Source: a virus (taxonomy: Duplodnaviria; Caudoviricetes). From it: a stretch of DNA of 46,903 bases. Numbering within the stretch: the first letter of the stretch is position 1; every line of letters begins with the position of its first letter. The notes beneath the pieces were generated by a model. It was not told the DNA's origin. It did not search any database and was given only the letters and a program-made list of their open reading frames with translations. Positions 35,253 to 45,138 of the stretch are shown here, piece after piece. Made by a program: the position numbers and the translations under genes. The stretch spans positions 1 through 46,903 of IMG/VR virus record IMGVR_UViG_3300022666_000083. One strand, given 5' to 3'.

Positions 35253-35585
35253 CAAGAACCGTCAAAGGCAGGTTTGCTTTGTGGATTGACCCCCTGGCAT
35301 GTCAGATTGTTAGTAGATGGAGAATGGGACGGAGGGAAAGCAAAGAGCTTAGATGAAGTTGGCAGGATGACAATAGATCAGGTGTTGTTCTTATTGACAG
35401 ACAAGAAGTTGTTAATGAAACGCCAACGTAGTTTACCTTCTATGACAGCAGTTAGTTTGCAGGGGGGTGATGGAAGAATTAAAGGTCGGGCAGAGGATGG
35501 TAGTCTAATGAGTGCGAGGGTGATGGGCGAGAGTAAGGCATCGAGACTGGCTCGCGAAGCCAAATCAAAGAAAAGGAGAAAATGA
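35202..35585 (+). CDS. frameshifted tail chaperone extension (GT-like)
   Basis: The -1 frame reads GKWIGLAATG...LLCGLTPW...EVGRMTIDQV and ends at the tape measure start. Confidence 0.7.
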   Translation, partial: GKWIGLAATGRSDCEQPQEPSKAGLLCGLTPWHVRLLVDGEWDGGKAKSLDEVGRMTIDQVLFLLTDKKLLMKRQRSLPSMTAVSLQGGDGRIKGRAEDGSLMSARVMGESKASRLAREAKSKKRRK

Positions 35586-37627
35586 TGCCTGGTGGTATAG
35601 AACTAGCAAGAGCATTTATAGCCATTCGTGCTGAGATGGGCACGGCTATCAGTGACATTGAAAAAGGAAAGCCTCAAATAGCGGCGAGTCTTGCTGGTTT
35701 GGGTAGCATGGTTCGTGGCATGATCATGGCGGCGGCTGGTGGAACCGCCGTTATTGGTTCTATGATGAAGGCGGGTCAATTCGAGCAGACTATGATTGCC
35801 TTCGAGACGATGATTGGAAGTACAAAAGAGACAAAGAAGACCCTCGCTGATCTGACTGAGTTCGCAGCCAAGACTCCGTTTGAGATGCCTGAAATTCTAC
35901 AGGCTGCCCGCGGACTGATCCAGTTTGGTGAGCGTGGTGATCAGTTGATGAAGACTTTGAATAGTCTTGGAAATGCAGCTGCCGGGACAAGTACCCCATT
36001 TGGAATGTTGGCTTTAGTGTTCAATCAGGTACGTGGTGTCGGCAAGTTGTTGACACAGGACTTTCGACAATTGAGCACTCGTGGTATCTTGAGTTTGCAG
36101 GATCTTGCAAATTACTACAAAGTGACAACGCAAGAAGCTCAGGATATGTTGTCATCTGGAAAGATTACGTTTGAGGACTTTTCAAAAGTTTTGGCCTCTC
36201 TAAGTGGTCCTGGTGGTCGTTTCTTCAATCTAATGGAAAAGCAATCTAAGTCGTTTCTTGGATTGTGGAGTACATTAAAGGATGCCATAAGTATTGTGAG
36301 TCGGGAGTTTGGAGAAAAGCTCCTACCGCTTGCCAAATCGTTTCTCGAGACTACTATTCAGCTTGCGGAGAGCACTCGTGAGTGGTTGAGTACTAACAAA
36401 GAGACAATCGATGTAATCGTTAAAGTGGTAGCAGCTTTGGTAGCTATTAAAGTTGCGACGATGGCGTGGGCTATTGCTTCTAAAGTTGCTGCTTCTGCTC
36501 AAGCAATGTTGCTAGCATTGCAAGGTCCTAAAGGATGGGCACAACTCGCTGCCGGCGTTGCTATTGGCACTGCAGCTTATCTTAGCCTGTCTTACATGAT
36601 GAGCGAGGCTGAGAGCAAGGCTAATCGCACAGCGAAAGCAATAGAGAAGACAGGGGAAGAGGGACAAAAAGCGGCTCGAGCACTCACAGTAGTCTCACAA
36701 TCCATTGAGGATATTGATAAAGGACTCACTAAATTGGTAGGTGGATTGGATAGACACCAAGCCTCTGATCTAAAGAGAATAGTTACATGGATGGACAGTA
36801 TAGATGAAATGATAATCAAGCGTGGAGATGCCATAAACGACTACAGACGTAGGGCATTGGCTCCGGAAATGACAGACAAGTATCTTACCTTGATGACGTT
36901 TTCTGACACTCCCTATGTCGTTGGGCATCAGATGGACACTACATCTGCTGTATCGAATGCGGCGAAGGCTCTTGAGGACTTTAATCAGCAGTTAAAAGAT
37001 ATGGAGACGCCGGAGGAAAAGTTTGAGAATATGACGTATGCTTTGCAAAGACTTGTTTCTATGGGCTTGATGACGGCTGCTAGTGCTGCCAAGATCATGG
37101 CCAGTGAGTCTAATAAGCAACTAGCAACTCTTAGGGAAGAAGTCGATGTGATGGAGTCTATAGCAAAGCTGAGAAGAGAAAGGAAGTATATGGGGCTCAG
37201 CGATGATCAGTTAGCACAGTGGATGAGATTTAATGAGACCCCCGGAGTTCTTAAGGAGTCCATTCGTGAGTTTGGTGAATTGAAACGCAAAACTGCTGCA
37301 ATGGAATTGGAGAAAGACCTCACGTCTCCAATGGAAAAAGCTGAAGACGAATTTCTTAAGTTGGTATCATTGGCAGATCTAATGTCTCCAGAAAGAGCAC
37401 TGCGGGGGTTTAAGAGATTAAAAGCGTCGATACAGCCGGAGTTTGCGTTCAGTGGACGTCTGGGCTTTGCTGACATGGGAAAGCAAATACAAGACGCTTT
37501 GCTAAAAAAGAACGATCCACAATTTGATATCTTGGCCGAGAACAAGCTTCAGACTAAACTATTGGACAGTATGGATAAGAAGATCAAGGACATTGAGAAT
37601 CCCATGAGACTTGTAGGACCGGAGTAG
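35582..37627 (+). CDS. tail tape measure protein
   Basis: ELARAFIAIRA, FEQTMIAFETMIGS and LTEFAAKTPFE tape-measure domain; hydrophobic middle segment. Confidence 0.9.
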   Translation: MMPGGIELARAFIAIRAEMGTAISDIEKGKPQIAASLAGLGSMVRGMIMAAAGGTAVIGSMMKAGQFEQTMIAFETMIGSTKETKKTLADLTEFAAKTPFEMPEILQAARGLIQFGERGDQLMKTLNSLGNAAAGTSTPFGMLALVFNQVRGVGKLLTQDFRQLSTRGILSLQDLANYYKVTTQEAQDMLSSGKITFEDFSKVLASLSGPGGRFFNLMEKQSKSFLGLWSTLKDAISIVSREFGEKLLPLAKSFLETTIQLAESTREWLSTNKETIDVIVKVVAALVAIKVATMAWAIASKVAASAQAMLLALQGPKGWAQLAAGVAIGTAAYLSLSYMMSEAESKANRTAKAIEKTGEEGQKAARALTVVSQSIEDIDKGLTKLVGGLDRHQASDLKRIVTWMDSIDEMIIKRGDAINDYRRRALAPEMTDKYLTLMTFSDTPYVVGHQMDTTSAVSNAAKALEDFNQQLKDMETPEEKFENMTYALQRLVSMGLMTAASAAKIMASESNKQLATLREEVDVMESIAKLRRERKYMGLSDDQLAQWMRFNETPGVLKESIREFGELKRKTAAMELEKDLTSPMEKAEDEFLKLVSLADLMSPERALRGFKRLKASIQPEFAFSGRLGFADMGKQIQDALLKKNDPQFDILAENKLQTKLLDSMDKKIKDIENPMRLVGPE

Positions 37628-37631
37628 GACG

Positions 37632-38558
37632 ATGAGTGTAAACTCTTCTAGCATTGAGTGGCGATTTCGTACTAGTGGTGGAATACCCTATAAGGTACAG
37701 AGTCGTTCGGGATCATTTTCTCAGAATGAAGCATCTGCAACAGAAATCTATATTATTCGATCTGCCAATTTGTTGGCATTTGCATTAGAGTCGTTTCCTT
37801 TACCTCTTGATCTCGGCGGTAGTCTTTTTTTCGATCCTCGTCGAACAATGCCTGGCACTTCAATGCTCACCAAGTCTGTAAAATGGAAATCTTTGGTGGG
37901 TGGGCGACCAATTGATCCGTTTGGTATAGATGATGACCCACCAGATAACACCTATGAAGATAACCTCGAAGTGACTGTGGAGTATAGTATAGATAAAGGA
38001 GAAGATGGGAACGATGACAAGAATCCAGATGATCCTCAGACATTTCTTGAAATTAGTGCCAATGCTACTGGACAGTTTCTTGCTTTGCCTATTCGGGGAA
38101 ATGCAAAGTGGGTTGTAGGGGATAACGAGGAGGAAGTAAGAGAGGTCAATATCCCAGGTACATTAGTAGAGCCTGAAACGGAATGGACTGTGAGGTGGCC
38201 TCAGGTGCCCTCTACATTCTTCACTGCTAAGTTAATGTCGCGGATTCGTAGTAAACTTGGCAAAGTCAATTCCAGTCAAATGAGCTTATTGTATGATGCC
38301 CCCGCTGAGACTGTTTTGTTTACTGGATTCTCTTCGCAAGAACAACGAACTTGGCAGCAGAGTATGGGGAGATCATCCATAAGCAGGCCTCCGTTGTCCT
38401 TAGAGTTCAAGTTCACAGAACGTAATTTCAAAGACGAGAACGACGAACAGATAACACACAATCATGTGTATCGACCGGGTAAAGGGTATCAGCGAATGAC
38501 AATTGATGGCAACCCACTCTACGCGGAAACAAACTTGTCGGACCTGTTTAGAAAATGA
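37632..38558 (+). CDS. tail tip / distal tail-like protein
   Basis: Directly after the tape measure; beta-rich; GKVNS...PAETVLFTG. Confidence 0.55.
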   Translation: MSVNSSSIEWRFRTSGGIPYKVQSRSGSFSQNEASATEIYIIRSANLLAFALESFPLPLDLGGSLFFDPRRTMPGTSMLTKSVKWKSLVGGRPIDPFGIDDDPPDNTYEDNLEVTVEYSIDKGEDGNDDKNPDDPQTFLEISANATGQFLALPIRGNAKWVVGDNEEEVREVNIPGTLVEPETEWTVRWPQVPSTFFTAKLMSRIRSKLGKVNSSQMSLLYDAPAETVLFTGFSSQEQRTWQQSMGRSSISRPPLSLEFKFTERNFKDENDEQITHNHVYRPGKGYQRMTIDGNPLYAETNLSDLFRK

Positions 38559-39871
38559 ACGAAAAGTTTACAGCTCTGCACGCTGGTGATTTGCTGTCTG
38601 CTAGGCGTGTCAATAGACTCGGTCGAGTAGCAGAACGCCTTGCCGCTACTCGGCCTGGTACTAACATGCTAGGACGCCATAGCGACCAACTCGTCAGTCA
38701 GTCTGCTCCTCCACCTTGGAAACAGGGTATTGCTGAGGTAGTTGGACAGTTTCTTCAAGACGGTGCTTGGGTCGATGGATTGTATGAGGTGTCATTTCGT
38801 TGGTACAGTTATGATGAAGATGAGTGGAAAACAGAAGAGACATTTGAGCGGGCAGTTTATAATTTAGATGCTCGTGATCTCGGAGTGGTCCTACTTCCAT
38901 ATGATAGGCTAATGGTGTTTTGGGATGATCAACGTGGAATGTTTGTTCCGGCGGGTCCGGTACCACTGTTGTCCTATGCTGATGGTAATAACACCTACAA
39001 CACAACAATTTATTCAACAGGAGTTGGTTCTAGTGACATCCGATTTGCTTTGGAAAAGATGACGGGCAGTCAAAGCTGGGGTGTAGTAAATAATCGGACG
39101 TGTCATGTCAATGGTAATGTTCTGTTAAGAGGGGTGTCTGATGGTCGGCATGCTTTTGCGTCGGGCTGTATGGTCTATACTATCACAGCTCAACGGGAGT
39201 GTTGGCTTCGTATACGGGCAGAGACTGATTTAGTCCAGTTGTTCGACCCGTTTTTGTATGAGTACCCAGAGGTGGATGTCGATGTGATTCGAGCGGCTCT
39301 ACGCGTGAGAGACGTAGATCGGATAGCCATCAACGAGACAGTTGGTAGTGAATTGAGTAATTATGCTACCACGGTTCAGGGGTATCTATTGGAGGGTTGG
39401 GCAAATACCGAAGATCTGGACGTCTACTATGGGGAAGTAAAAGACGATGTGAACGATCCATTGGAGATTCCCGCGAGGGTTCCAAGGGTGTTTGTGCAGA
39501 GCGATCGCCTCAGGATAACAACACCATTGAAGAACAAGGATGGGGATAAGAACTCTACAACTGACACTGACTTTGAACAATGGACTCTCCAGGTTGAGGT
39601 GGCCGTTGTTTTTAGAATCTATCCAGGAGGGTCAAGTAGCTCCAGCAGTAGTTCCTCTAGCGCTAGTACAAGCAGTATAAGTACATCATCCTCTTCAATC
39701 AGTACATCATCCTCTTCAATGAGTACCTCGTCATCTTCCGTAGAGTCAAGTTGTATGGCCGCCAGTCTTCGGGGATTAGATACTGTACCTGGATATGACA
39801 ATACGAAGAAACAAGCGCTCACCCACAATCATGGATGTCTAAAGTGGATGGATATTGAGGAGTGTCCGTAG
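38555..39871 (+). CDS. tail tip protein with internal poly-Ser tract
   Basis: GDLLSARRVNRL N-terminus; about 40-aa Ser tract at 39632-39751; C-terminal LTHNHGCLKW. Confidence 0.65.
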   Translation: MNEKFTALHAGDLLSARRVNRLGRVAERLAATRPGTNMLGRHSDQLVSQSAPPPWKQGIAEVVGQFLQDGAWVDGLYEVSFRWYSYDEDEWKTEETFERAVYNLDARDLGVVLLPYDRLMVFWDDQRGMFVPAGPVPLLSYADGNNTYNTTIYSTGVGSSDIRFALEKMTGSQSWGVVNNRTCHVNGNVLLRGVSDGRHAFASGCMVYTITAQRECWLRIRAETDLVQLFDPFLYEYPEVDVDVIRAALRVRDVDRIAINETVGSELSNYATTVQGYLLEGWANTEDLDVYYGEVKDDVNDPLEIPARVPRVFVQSDRLRITTPLKNKDGDKNSTTDTDFEQWTLQVEVAVVFRIYPGGSSSSSSSSSSASTSSISTSSSSISTSSSSMSTSSSSVESSCMAASLRGLDTVPGYDNTKKQALTHNHGCLKWMDIEECP

Positions 39872-40476
39872 TGGCTATTGTGCTGTGGGAAAAGAACGGA
39901 CTGCTGATGGGGAACGCTGGTCTTACGGCGTTGCTTGAGTGTGAAGATTGTCCGTGTGGAGAGCCTGGGTGTGATAATTGCGATGCTGGAACTTATCCGA
40001 GTACAATTACAGCAACATTGCAGGCTGGAATGAATCTGTTTGGTGGCGGATTGGGCTGTGCTGTCGATTGTGATGATTGGGCTGCTGCGTGGGAGCTTCC
40101 ACTATTGACTCAGGGGCAAGTTGATACTCTGATCGCTGCTTATCCGTTTGCGTTCACTCAGGGGGCAACGGCGGGGTGTTATTATGGATTGACAGTCGGT
40201 CTGCCTTGTGGTGCAAATGCTTTGGTGTTCGAGATTACAGCCGGTGGGACTAGTGGAACAGCTCGCGGCAATCTATCATTTTGTTGGAGTGATTCGGTAT
40301 ATGTGATTTTCGAGTGCGAGATCACAACAGCGGGAGGTAATAATAATTGTGTAGCTAACTTCAACACTGGAGGAACAGGACTAGATAATATCACCATAGT
40401 TACTGGTGGTGTTCCTCCGTGTGATTTCCTTGGGGCATGGGATACTTCTCTAACGGATATTCAGGCAGGAGCATGA
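39862..40476 (+). CDS. Cys/Gly-rich protein (possible tail fibre/adhesin component)
   Basis: CEDCPCGEPGCDNC followed by a Gly/Thr-rich beta region. Confidence 0.6.
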   Translation: MSVVAIVLWEKNGLLMGNAGLTALLECEDCPCGEPGCDNCDAGTYPSTITATLQAGMNLFGGGLGCAVDCDDWAAAWELPLLTQGQVDTLIAAYPFAFTQGATAGCYYGLTVGLPCGANALVFEITAGGTSGTARGNLSFCWSDSVYVIFECEITTAGGNNNCVANFNTGGTGLDNITIVTGGVPPCDFLGAWDTSLTDIQAGA

Positions 40477-40778
40477 TTTGTCAGACGATAGTAACTGAGT
40501 TGGGAGGAGGTCAGTTTCAACATAGTTGTGTTCGTTGTGGGAAGCAACGGACAGTTAAGTCAAAACGGCTGGTGGCTCTTTGCGAGGTGAAAATAAACAG
40601 GACAGAGAACGAAAGGGAACAGGTCAGAAGGATCTGCATGGTGAATGAGTGTGGGCAGTTTGATTGGCATCCTGATCCTGAAAAAGATGGCTGTCTAGCA
40701 TGTGGGTGTGCTAGTACGAGGAATCAGACTTGGGTACGGTTGCTGTTGAATGGTAATTGTCCTAAGGGTTTCTGGTAG
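40473..40778 (+). CDS. small Cys-rich protein
   Basis: ATGA overlap; CVRCG, C..NEC, CLACGC and CPKGFW. Confidence 0.65.
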   Translation: MICQTIVTELGGGQFQHSCVRCGKQRTVKSKRLVALCEVKINRTENEREQVRRICMVNECGQFDWHPDPEKDGCLACGCASTRNQTWVRLLLNGNCPKGFW

Positions 40779-40789
40779 AGGAGAGAACG

Positions 40790-41782
40790 ATGGAGTGCTC
40801 TTACTTAGGAGCCGAGAACGAGGACGGGACGTGGGAATGTATGTTACGGGGTAAGTGTTGTCTACTCGGGCCAAAGCCGCCTGGAGTGACTTGTGAAGAA
40901 TGTAGCTCACAAACTACTCCTAATGAAAAAGACTTCTTGGCTAAGTGGAAGGATCCACTGACGGTCGTAGATCGCCATCGAGTAATGGCTACTCCAATTC
41001 TTCGGAACATGCTAGCTGGTGGGTCAGCCTTTCTAATTGGCGGTGGACCTTCTGCAAATGACCTTCCAATTGAAGACCTCAACCGCAAAGGGGTCTGGTC
41101 ATTAGCTGTCAACAACGTAGCGGCTCATCATAGGTTTCGACCCCAAGCGTTTGTATGCAGCGATCCACCAATGAAGTTTTCCCACAGTATTTGGTGGGAC
41201 CCGGCCATTATGAAGTTCATTCCCTCGGTGAAATTGGAGGGGCGGCGTGGTAGGATTCGCTACAAGGAGAACGGAGTGTTTCGGAGGTCTAAAGATCATG
41301 CTTCACGTTGTCCTAATGTCTGGGGATTTAATCGGGTGAGTTGGCTGTGGCCCGATGACAGGTTCTTCTTAGGAAACGGAGCTTGTTGGGGCAATCACCA
41401 AGCAGGGACGGAAAAGACTGGACAGCCTAAGACAGTATGTACTATGCTGCTTGGGCTTCGGTTGTTGTACTTCCTTGGTGCCCGAACGATCTTCTTAGTG
41501 GGTGTAGATTTTCAGATGCGACAGGGCTACGGATACTCCTTTAATCAGGATCGGGATGCTGGGGCAGTTTCTAGTAACAATGCCCAGTTTGCTGTAGTCA
41601 ACCGATGGCTTTGTGAGATGCGGCAGAATGGGACGTTTGATCGGTTTGGATTGAAAATCTACAATTGCTTTCAGTTCTCCGGTCTGCGGGCTTTCCCGTT
41701 TGTTCCGTTTAATGAGGCAATCCGAGTTGCAAAGGGTTGTGTTGAGGACAAGCCGGATCTTAGTATGTGGTATCAAAAATGA
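40790..41782 (+). CDS. Maf/DUF115/sialyltransferase-like nucleotide-sugar transferase with Cys-rich N-terminus
   Basis: AFLIGGGPSA, LAVNN, VCSD and YFLGARTIFLVGVDF. Confidence 0.6.
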   Translation: MECSYLGAENEDGTWECMLRGKCCLLGPKPPGVTCEECSSQTTPNEKDFLAKWKDPLTVVDRHRVMATPILRNMLAGGSAFLIGGGPSANDLPIEDLNRKGVWSLAVNNVAAHHRFRPQAFVCSDPPMKFSHSIWWDPAIMKFIPSVKLEGRRGRIRYKENGVFRRSKDHASRCPNVWGFNRVSWLWPDDRFFLGNGACWGNHQAGTEKTGQPKTVCTMLLGLRLLYFLGARTIFLVGVDFQMRQGYGYSFNQDRDAGAVSSNNAQFAVVNRWLCEMRQNGTFDRFGLKIYNCFQFSGLRAFPFVPFNEAIRVAKGCVEDKPDLSMWYQK

Positions 41783-42138
41783 ACGAGAACCTTCCAGCAA
41801 TCGGTGCCACTGCTGGTAAAATATGGGGCACAACGAAACGGGTGTTCGCTCACAACTCGACGGATGCCCACGTTATACACATCAAAAAGGGAGGGTACTG
41901 CTCATTCCATTCACACAAGAGTAAGTGGAATCGATTTGTCGTGATTTCTGGAAGTTTGAAGATCAAGCAGGAGCCGGCCAATATCACGATAATAGGGCCG
42001 GGGGAGGTTCACGACGTCCCCCCTGGAGTTCGTCATTTGTTTGAGGCGGTTGAAGAAACGATTGTGTTGGAATTCTATTGGGTAGATTTGGACCCAGAAG
42101 ATATCGATCGACAAGGAACAGTGGGTGGTGTGAAATGA
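41779..42138 (+). CDS. cupin (sugar isomerase-like)
   Basis: KIWG, CSFHSHKSKWNRFVVISG and VPPGVRHLFEA. Confidence 0.75.
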   Translation: MNENLPAIGATAGKIWGTTKRVFAHNSTDAHVIHIKKGGYCSFHSHKSKWNRFVVISGSLKIKQEPANITIIGPGEVHDVPPGVRHLFEAVEETIVLEFYWVDLDPEDIDRQGTVGGVK

Positions 42139-42920
42139 TTCCTGATTACACAGCCGTTGTGGGTGTCGATCGTAAGCATCTCCAGCAGTTAAGCTGGACT
42201 TGGCCTACATGGAAGAAGCATAAGCCAGGTTTGCTTGAGTGCCCAATGATAATCTTCCGTGACCGGGTCGAGGTAACAGAGGATGAGATCAGGGCTGTTG
42301 TTGACCACCCTTTGCTTCGAGTAGTACACTGGCCCCCGGAAGATGTGGATTGGGAAGGGGATGGAAAAGATAAGTGGAGCAACCCGCAGCGAGCGAAGAT
42401 GCTTGCGGGCTTCGTTCATGTCCCGGCTATTTTCTGTCGGACTCCTTATTGGTTGAAAATCGACACGGATGTGGTGGCTACGGGGATGGATGATTGGATC
42501 GCTCCAGAGTGGTTTGCCTCATCCCCGGACATCATAGCTCATCCCTGGTCGTTCACAAAACCTCCGGACCAGATTCTCAAACTCGATGCTTGGGTGGAAG
42601 CAAACAAGGACAAGTTTGTGTTGGCTGGTGAGCCTCTTCGGATTGCTCCGAAGCCGGGAGCAGACAGGGTAGGACACAAACGGGTGATCAGTTGGTGTGG
42701 GCTGTTCAAGACGGCTTTTACTCTAATAGCCCACGAATTCGCCAGTGTGTCTTGCGATCGTTATCAGCTTCCTGTTCCATCACAAGACGGTTATCTTTGG
42801 TATCTTGCAGCTAGAACACATCCCGATGGGATTGTTCGGGTGTCAATGAAAAACAGGGGCTGGATGCAGTGGAGTACTAGCTACAACGTACAGAGACATG
42901 CTGCGGAGGCGATGAGGTGA
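42135..42920 (+). CDS. GT-A fold glycosyltransferase-like protein
   Basis: TPYWLKIDTDVV (DxD motif) and SQDGYL. Confidence 0.65.
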   Translation: MIPDYTAVVGVDRKHLQQLSWTWPTWKKHKPGLLECPMIIFRDRVEVTEDEIRAVVDHPLLRVVHWPPEDVDWEGDGKDKWSNPQRAKMLAGFVHVPAIFCRTPYWLKIDTDVVATGMDDWIAPEWFASSPDIIAHPWSFTKPPDQILKLDAWVEANKDKFVLAGEPLRIAPKPGADRVGHKRVISWCGLFKTAFTLIAHEFASVSCDRYQLPVPSQDGYLWYLAARTHPDGIVRVSMKNRGWMQWSTSYNVQRHAAEAMR

Positions 42921-42929
42921 CTCCAGTTT

Positions 42930-43580
42930 GTGAATACCATGCTCGGGAGAATGGTAAAGAGGTTCGTAGGTGCCGAATCTTTAGTTTGGGGCTTCACCCG
43001 ACAGGCTACCCGAAGTCTCTATGAAGCCGTTAGGATGTTAGGTCTTTCGGCAATGCATGGTTTTGGTGGGTGTGGCTACTGCGAGAGGGACGCCACGAGA
43101 AAGTATGTACGGGGTGAGACTGACTTTGACGTCTATAAGTCCTATCATGCTTCGTTTCAAGTAGCGGCGGTTCATTGGAAGCAGTTAGCGACAGAAAGGC
43201 CCGATGCGAAGTTTATATTACCACTACGCCCACTGAATGATTGGATCAATTCTTGTCGGTCAAAATGCAGAATAGCTCAGATCACACACGGTACGACGGG
43301 TTGGTTTTGGTTGGAGCGCTATGCTCACTACGGTCAGCTTCTTTTTGATGAGAAGGTGTGGCTTGCTCGTTGGAGAGATCATGTTAACGCTGTTACACAA
43401 GCCTTCATCGGGACGGGACGTCTTTTGGTAATCAACGTATTTGAGCAATCGGATGAGGAGTTGTGGAGTGATTTGTCCTCGTTTCTTCACGTCCCGATGC
43501 CTGATCCTATTCCATCGTTCCCTCACAAACGAAGAATAGTGAAAATCCGCGAGAACTATATGGAGTCAATGAATGGCTAG
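42930..43580 (+). CDS. sulfotransferase-family protein
   Basis: GFTRQATRSLYEAVRMLG, RPDAKFIL..R...WINS, RLLVINV and WSDLSSFL..P.P..FPH. Confidence 0.65.
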   Translation: MNTMLGRMVKRFVGAESLVWGFTRQATRSLYEAVRMLGLSAMHGFGGCGYCERDATRKYVRGETDFDVYKSYHASFQVAAVHWKQLATERPDAKFILPLRPLNDWINSCRSKCRIAQITHGTTGWFWLERYAHYGQLLFDEKVWLARWRDHVNAVTQAFIGTGRLLVINVFEQSDEELWSDLSSFLHVPMPDPIPSFPHKRRIVKIRENYMESMNG

Positions 43581-44241
43581 TCGACTTCTACGGCGTAGTG
43601 GAATGGCTTTTGCTCTAGTAGCAGAAATGCTTGAATGGCAAGCCGATATCGTAATCCAGGTGGGAGTGGGGTTGAATCACCAAGAGGTGGATGTACTCAA
43701 AGAAGAGTGGCCTGATGCTTCTTTCTATGGCTTTGAGCCTCATCCCGATTCGTTCAAGACCATAGTGAAAAAGTATCCAGGTCGTTTGTTTGATTGTGCT
43801 CTTGGGTCTGTTAAAGGAACAACTACCCTGTACGGAGCTAGGAGTCACAAAGATGGATTCTCTATTCATCCACCAAAGCTTCAATTGGCCGGGCAATTGG
43901 GGACACTAGTTACGGTAAGAGTGGAGACGCTTGATGGGATGTTTCAGGAGCCTTTGAACGGCAGAACTCTACTCTGGTTAGATTGTGAGGGCGCTGAGTT
44001 TGACGTGATCTACGGCGGATTGAAGGTTTTGCAACAGGTTGAGATGATAAACGTCGAAATGACGGCCAACCCCAACAGAGAAGGTTGGTGTAAGCCATCG
44101 GCTGTCCACAAAGCCCTCGTCGGATGGGGATTTCGCCGTCAGTGGGTGCATAGCGGTCGAATTAGTGCTGGTCAGTATGATGCGGTGTATGTTCGTCCTC
44201 ATCTATATAAGTCTCAGTACTCTTGTGATCCTTGGGAGTGA
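43573..44241 (+). CDS. FkbM-family methyltransferase
   Basis: QVGVG, GFEPHP, VETLD and WLDCEGAEFDVI. Confidence 0.8.
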   Translation: MASRLLRRSGMAFALVAEMLEWQADIVIQVGVGLNHQEVDVLKEEWPDASFYGFEPHPDSFKTIVKKYPGRLFDCALGSVKGTTTLYGARSHKDGFSIHPPKLQLAGQLGTLVTVRVETLDGMFQEPLNGRTLLWLDCEGAEFDVIYGGLKVLQQVEMINVEMTANPNREGWCKPSAVHKALVGWGFRRQWVHSGRISAGQYDAVYVRPHLYKSQYSCDPWE

Positions 44242-44243
44242 AA

Positions 44244-45125
44244 ATGCGAACGGTTTTCTATTTGATGTCAGGTGTAGCACACTGTCCGTATCTCGTTGTC
44301 TCCCTTCATACCCTTCGCAAGTATTGGGATGGACCCATAATGGTATTTGCTTGGGAAGAGTCGTTTCCTATTGTCAGGCAGATAGCTCAAGATAGAAGTC
44401 TCGGGATTGAGCCAGTTTTAAGAAGGCCTCCGTATCGAGGCAAGAACGACCAATTTCTGGACAAGGTGAAAATAGCTAGTGAATGGGGATGTCGAGAGGA
44501 CTTGTTGCTGTACCTTGATGCTGATACCTCAATACATGGAAAAGTTGACCCTGTTCTTGATGGAGCTGATAACTACGGTTTTGCAGCCACTCAATTCAAC
44601 TTCTGGTTCTGCGACGAAGGCATGCCTCGAAAGAGGATTTTGGACTTGTTGGATTATCCCAGCATCCCGGCCGATCTAGTAAGGATCACGTCCGAAACCC
44701 ATTGGCCTAGTGTCAATGGTGGTGTCTGGGCTACTCGGCCCGATTCGCCAGTTTTGCCAAGGTGGTACGAGTGGACGATGGCAGCGAGTGGTCCGACAGG
44801 TAAGTTCATTGCTGACGAGAAGGTGCTTCACGTCCTGCAAGCAGCATTTCGAGTTACAGGAGAGATGACTGTAGTTGCTGGAGGTAGGTATAACTGCTCA
44901 CCCAAGTATCAGCCAGACATGCTGAAAGACCGGAACGTGGCAATCTACCACTACCACGGTGACAGCAATTGCCGTCCACAGAAGACGCAAAAGGGTGTAG
45001 ATCTTTGGTGGCCCATCTACCAATACTGTCTACAACACAATGTTGGTAGAATGAAGGAGTGGCGTAGCAGCGTCAAGAACAGACATCTAGACGCTTTAGA
45101 ACGTTCAATGGTAATCTGTGGTTAG
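44244..45125 (+). CDS. GT-A (GT8-like) glycosyltransferase
   Basis: LLYLDADT, VNGGVW, ADEKVL, YNC and IYHYHG. Confidence 0.75.
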   Translation: MRTVFYLMSGVAHCPYLVVSLHTLRKYWDGPIMVFAWEESFPIVRQIAQDRSLGIEPVLRRPPYRGKNDQFLDKVKIASEWGCREDLLLYLDADTSIHGKVDPVLDGADNYGFAATQFNFWFCDEGMPRKRILDLLDYPSIPADLVRITSETHWPSVNGGVWATRPDSPVLPRWYEWTMAASGPTGKFIADEKVLHVLQAAFRVTGEMTVVAGGRYNCSPKYQPDMLKDRNVAIYHYHGDSNCRPQKTQKGVDLWWPIYQYCLQHNVGRMKEWRSSVKNRHLDALERSMVICG

Positions 45126-45138
45126 GAGGCGGTGACGA

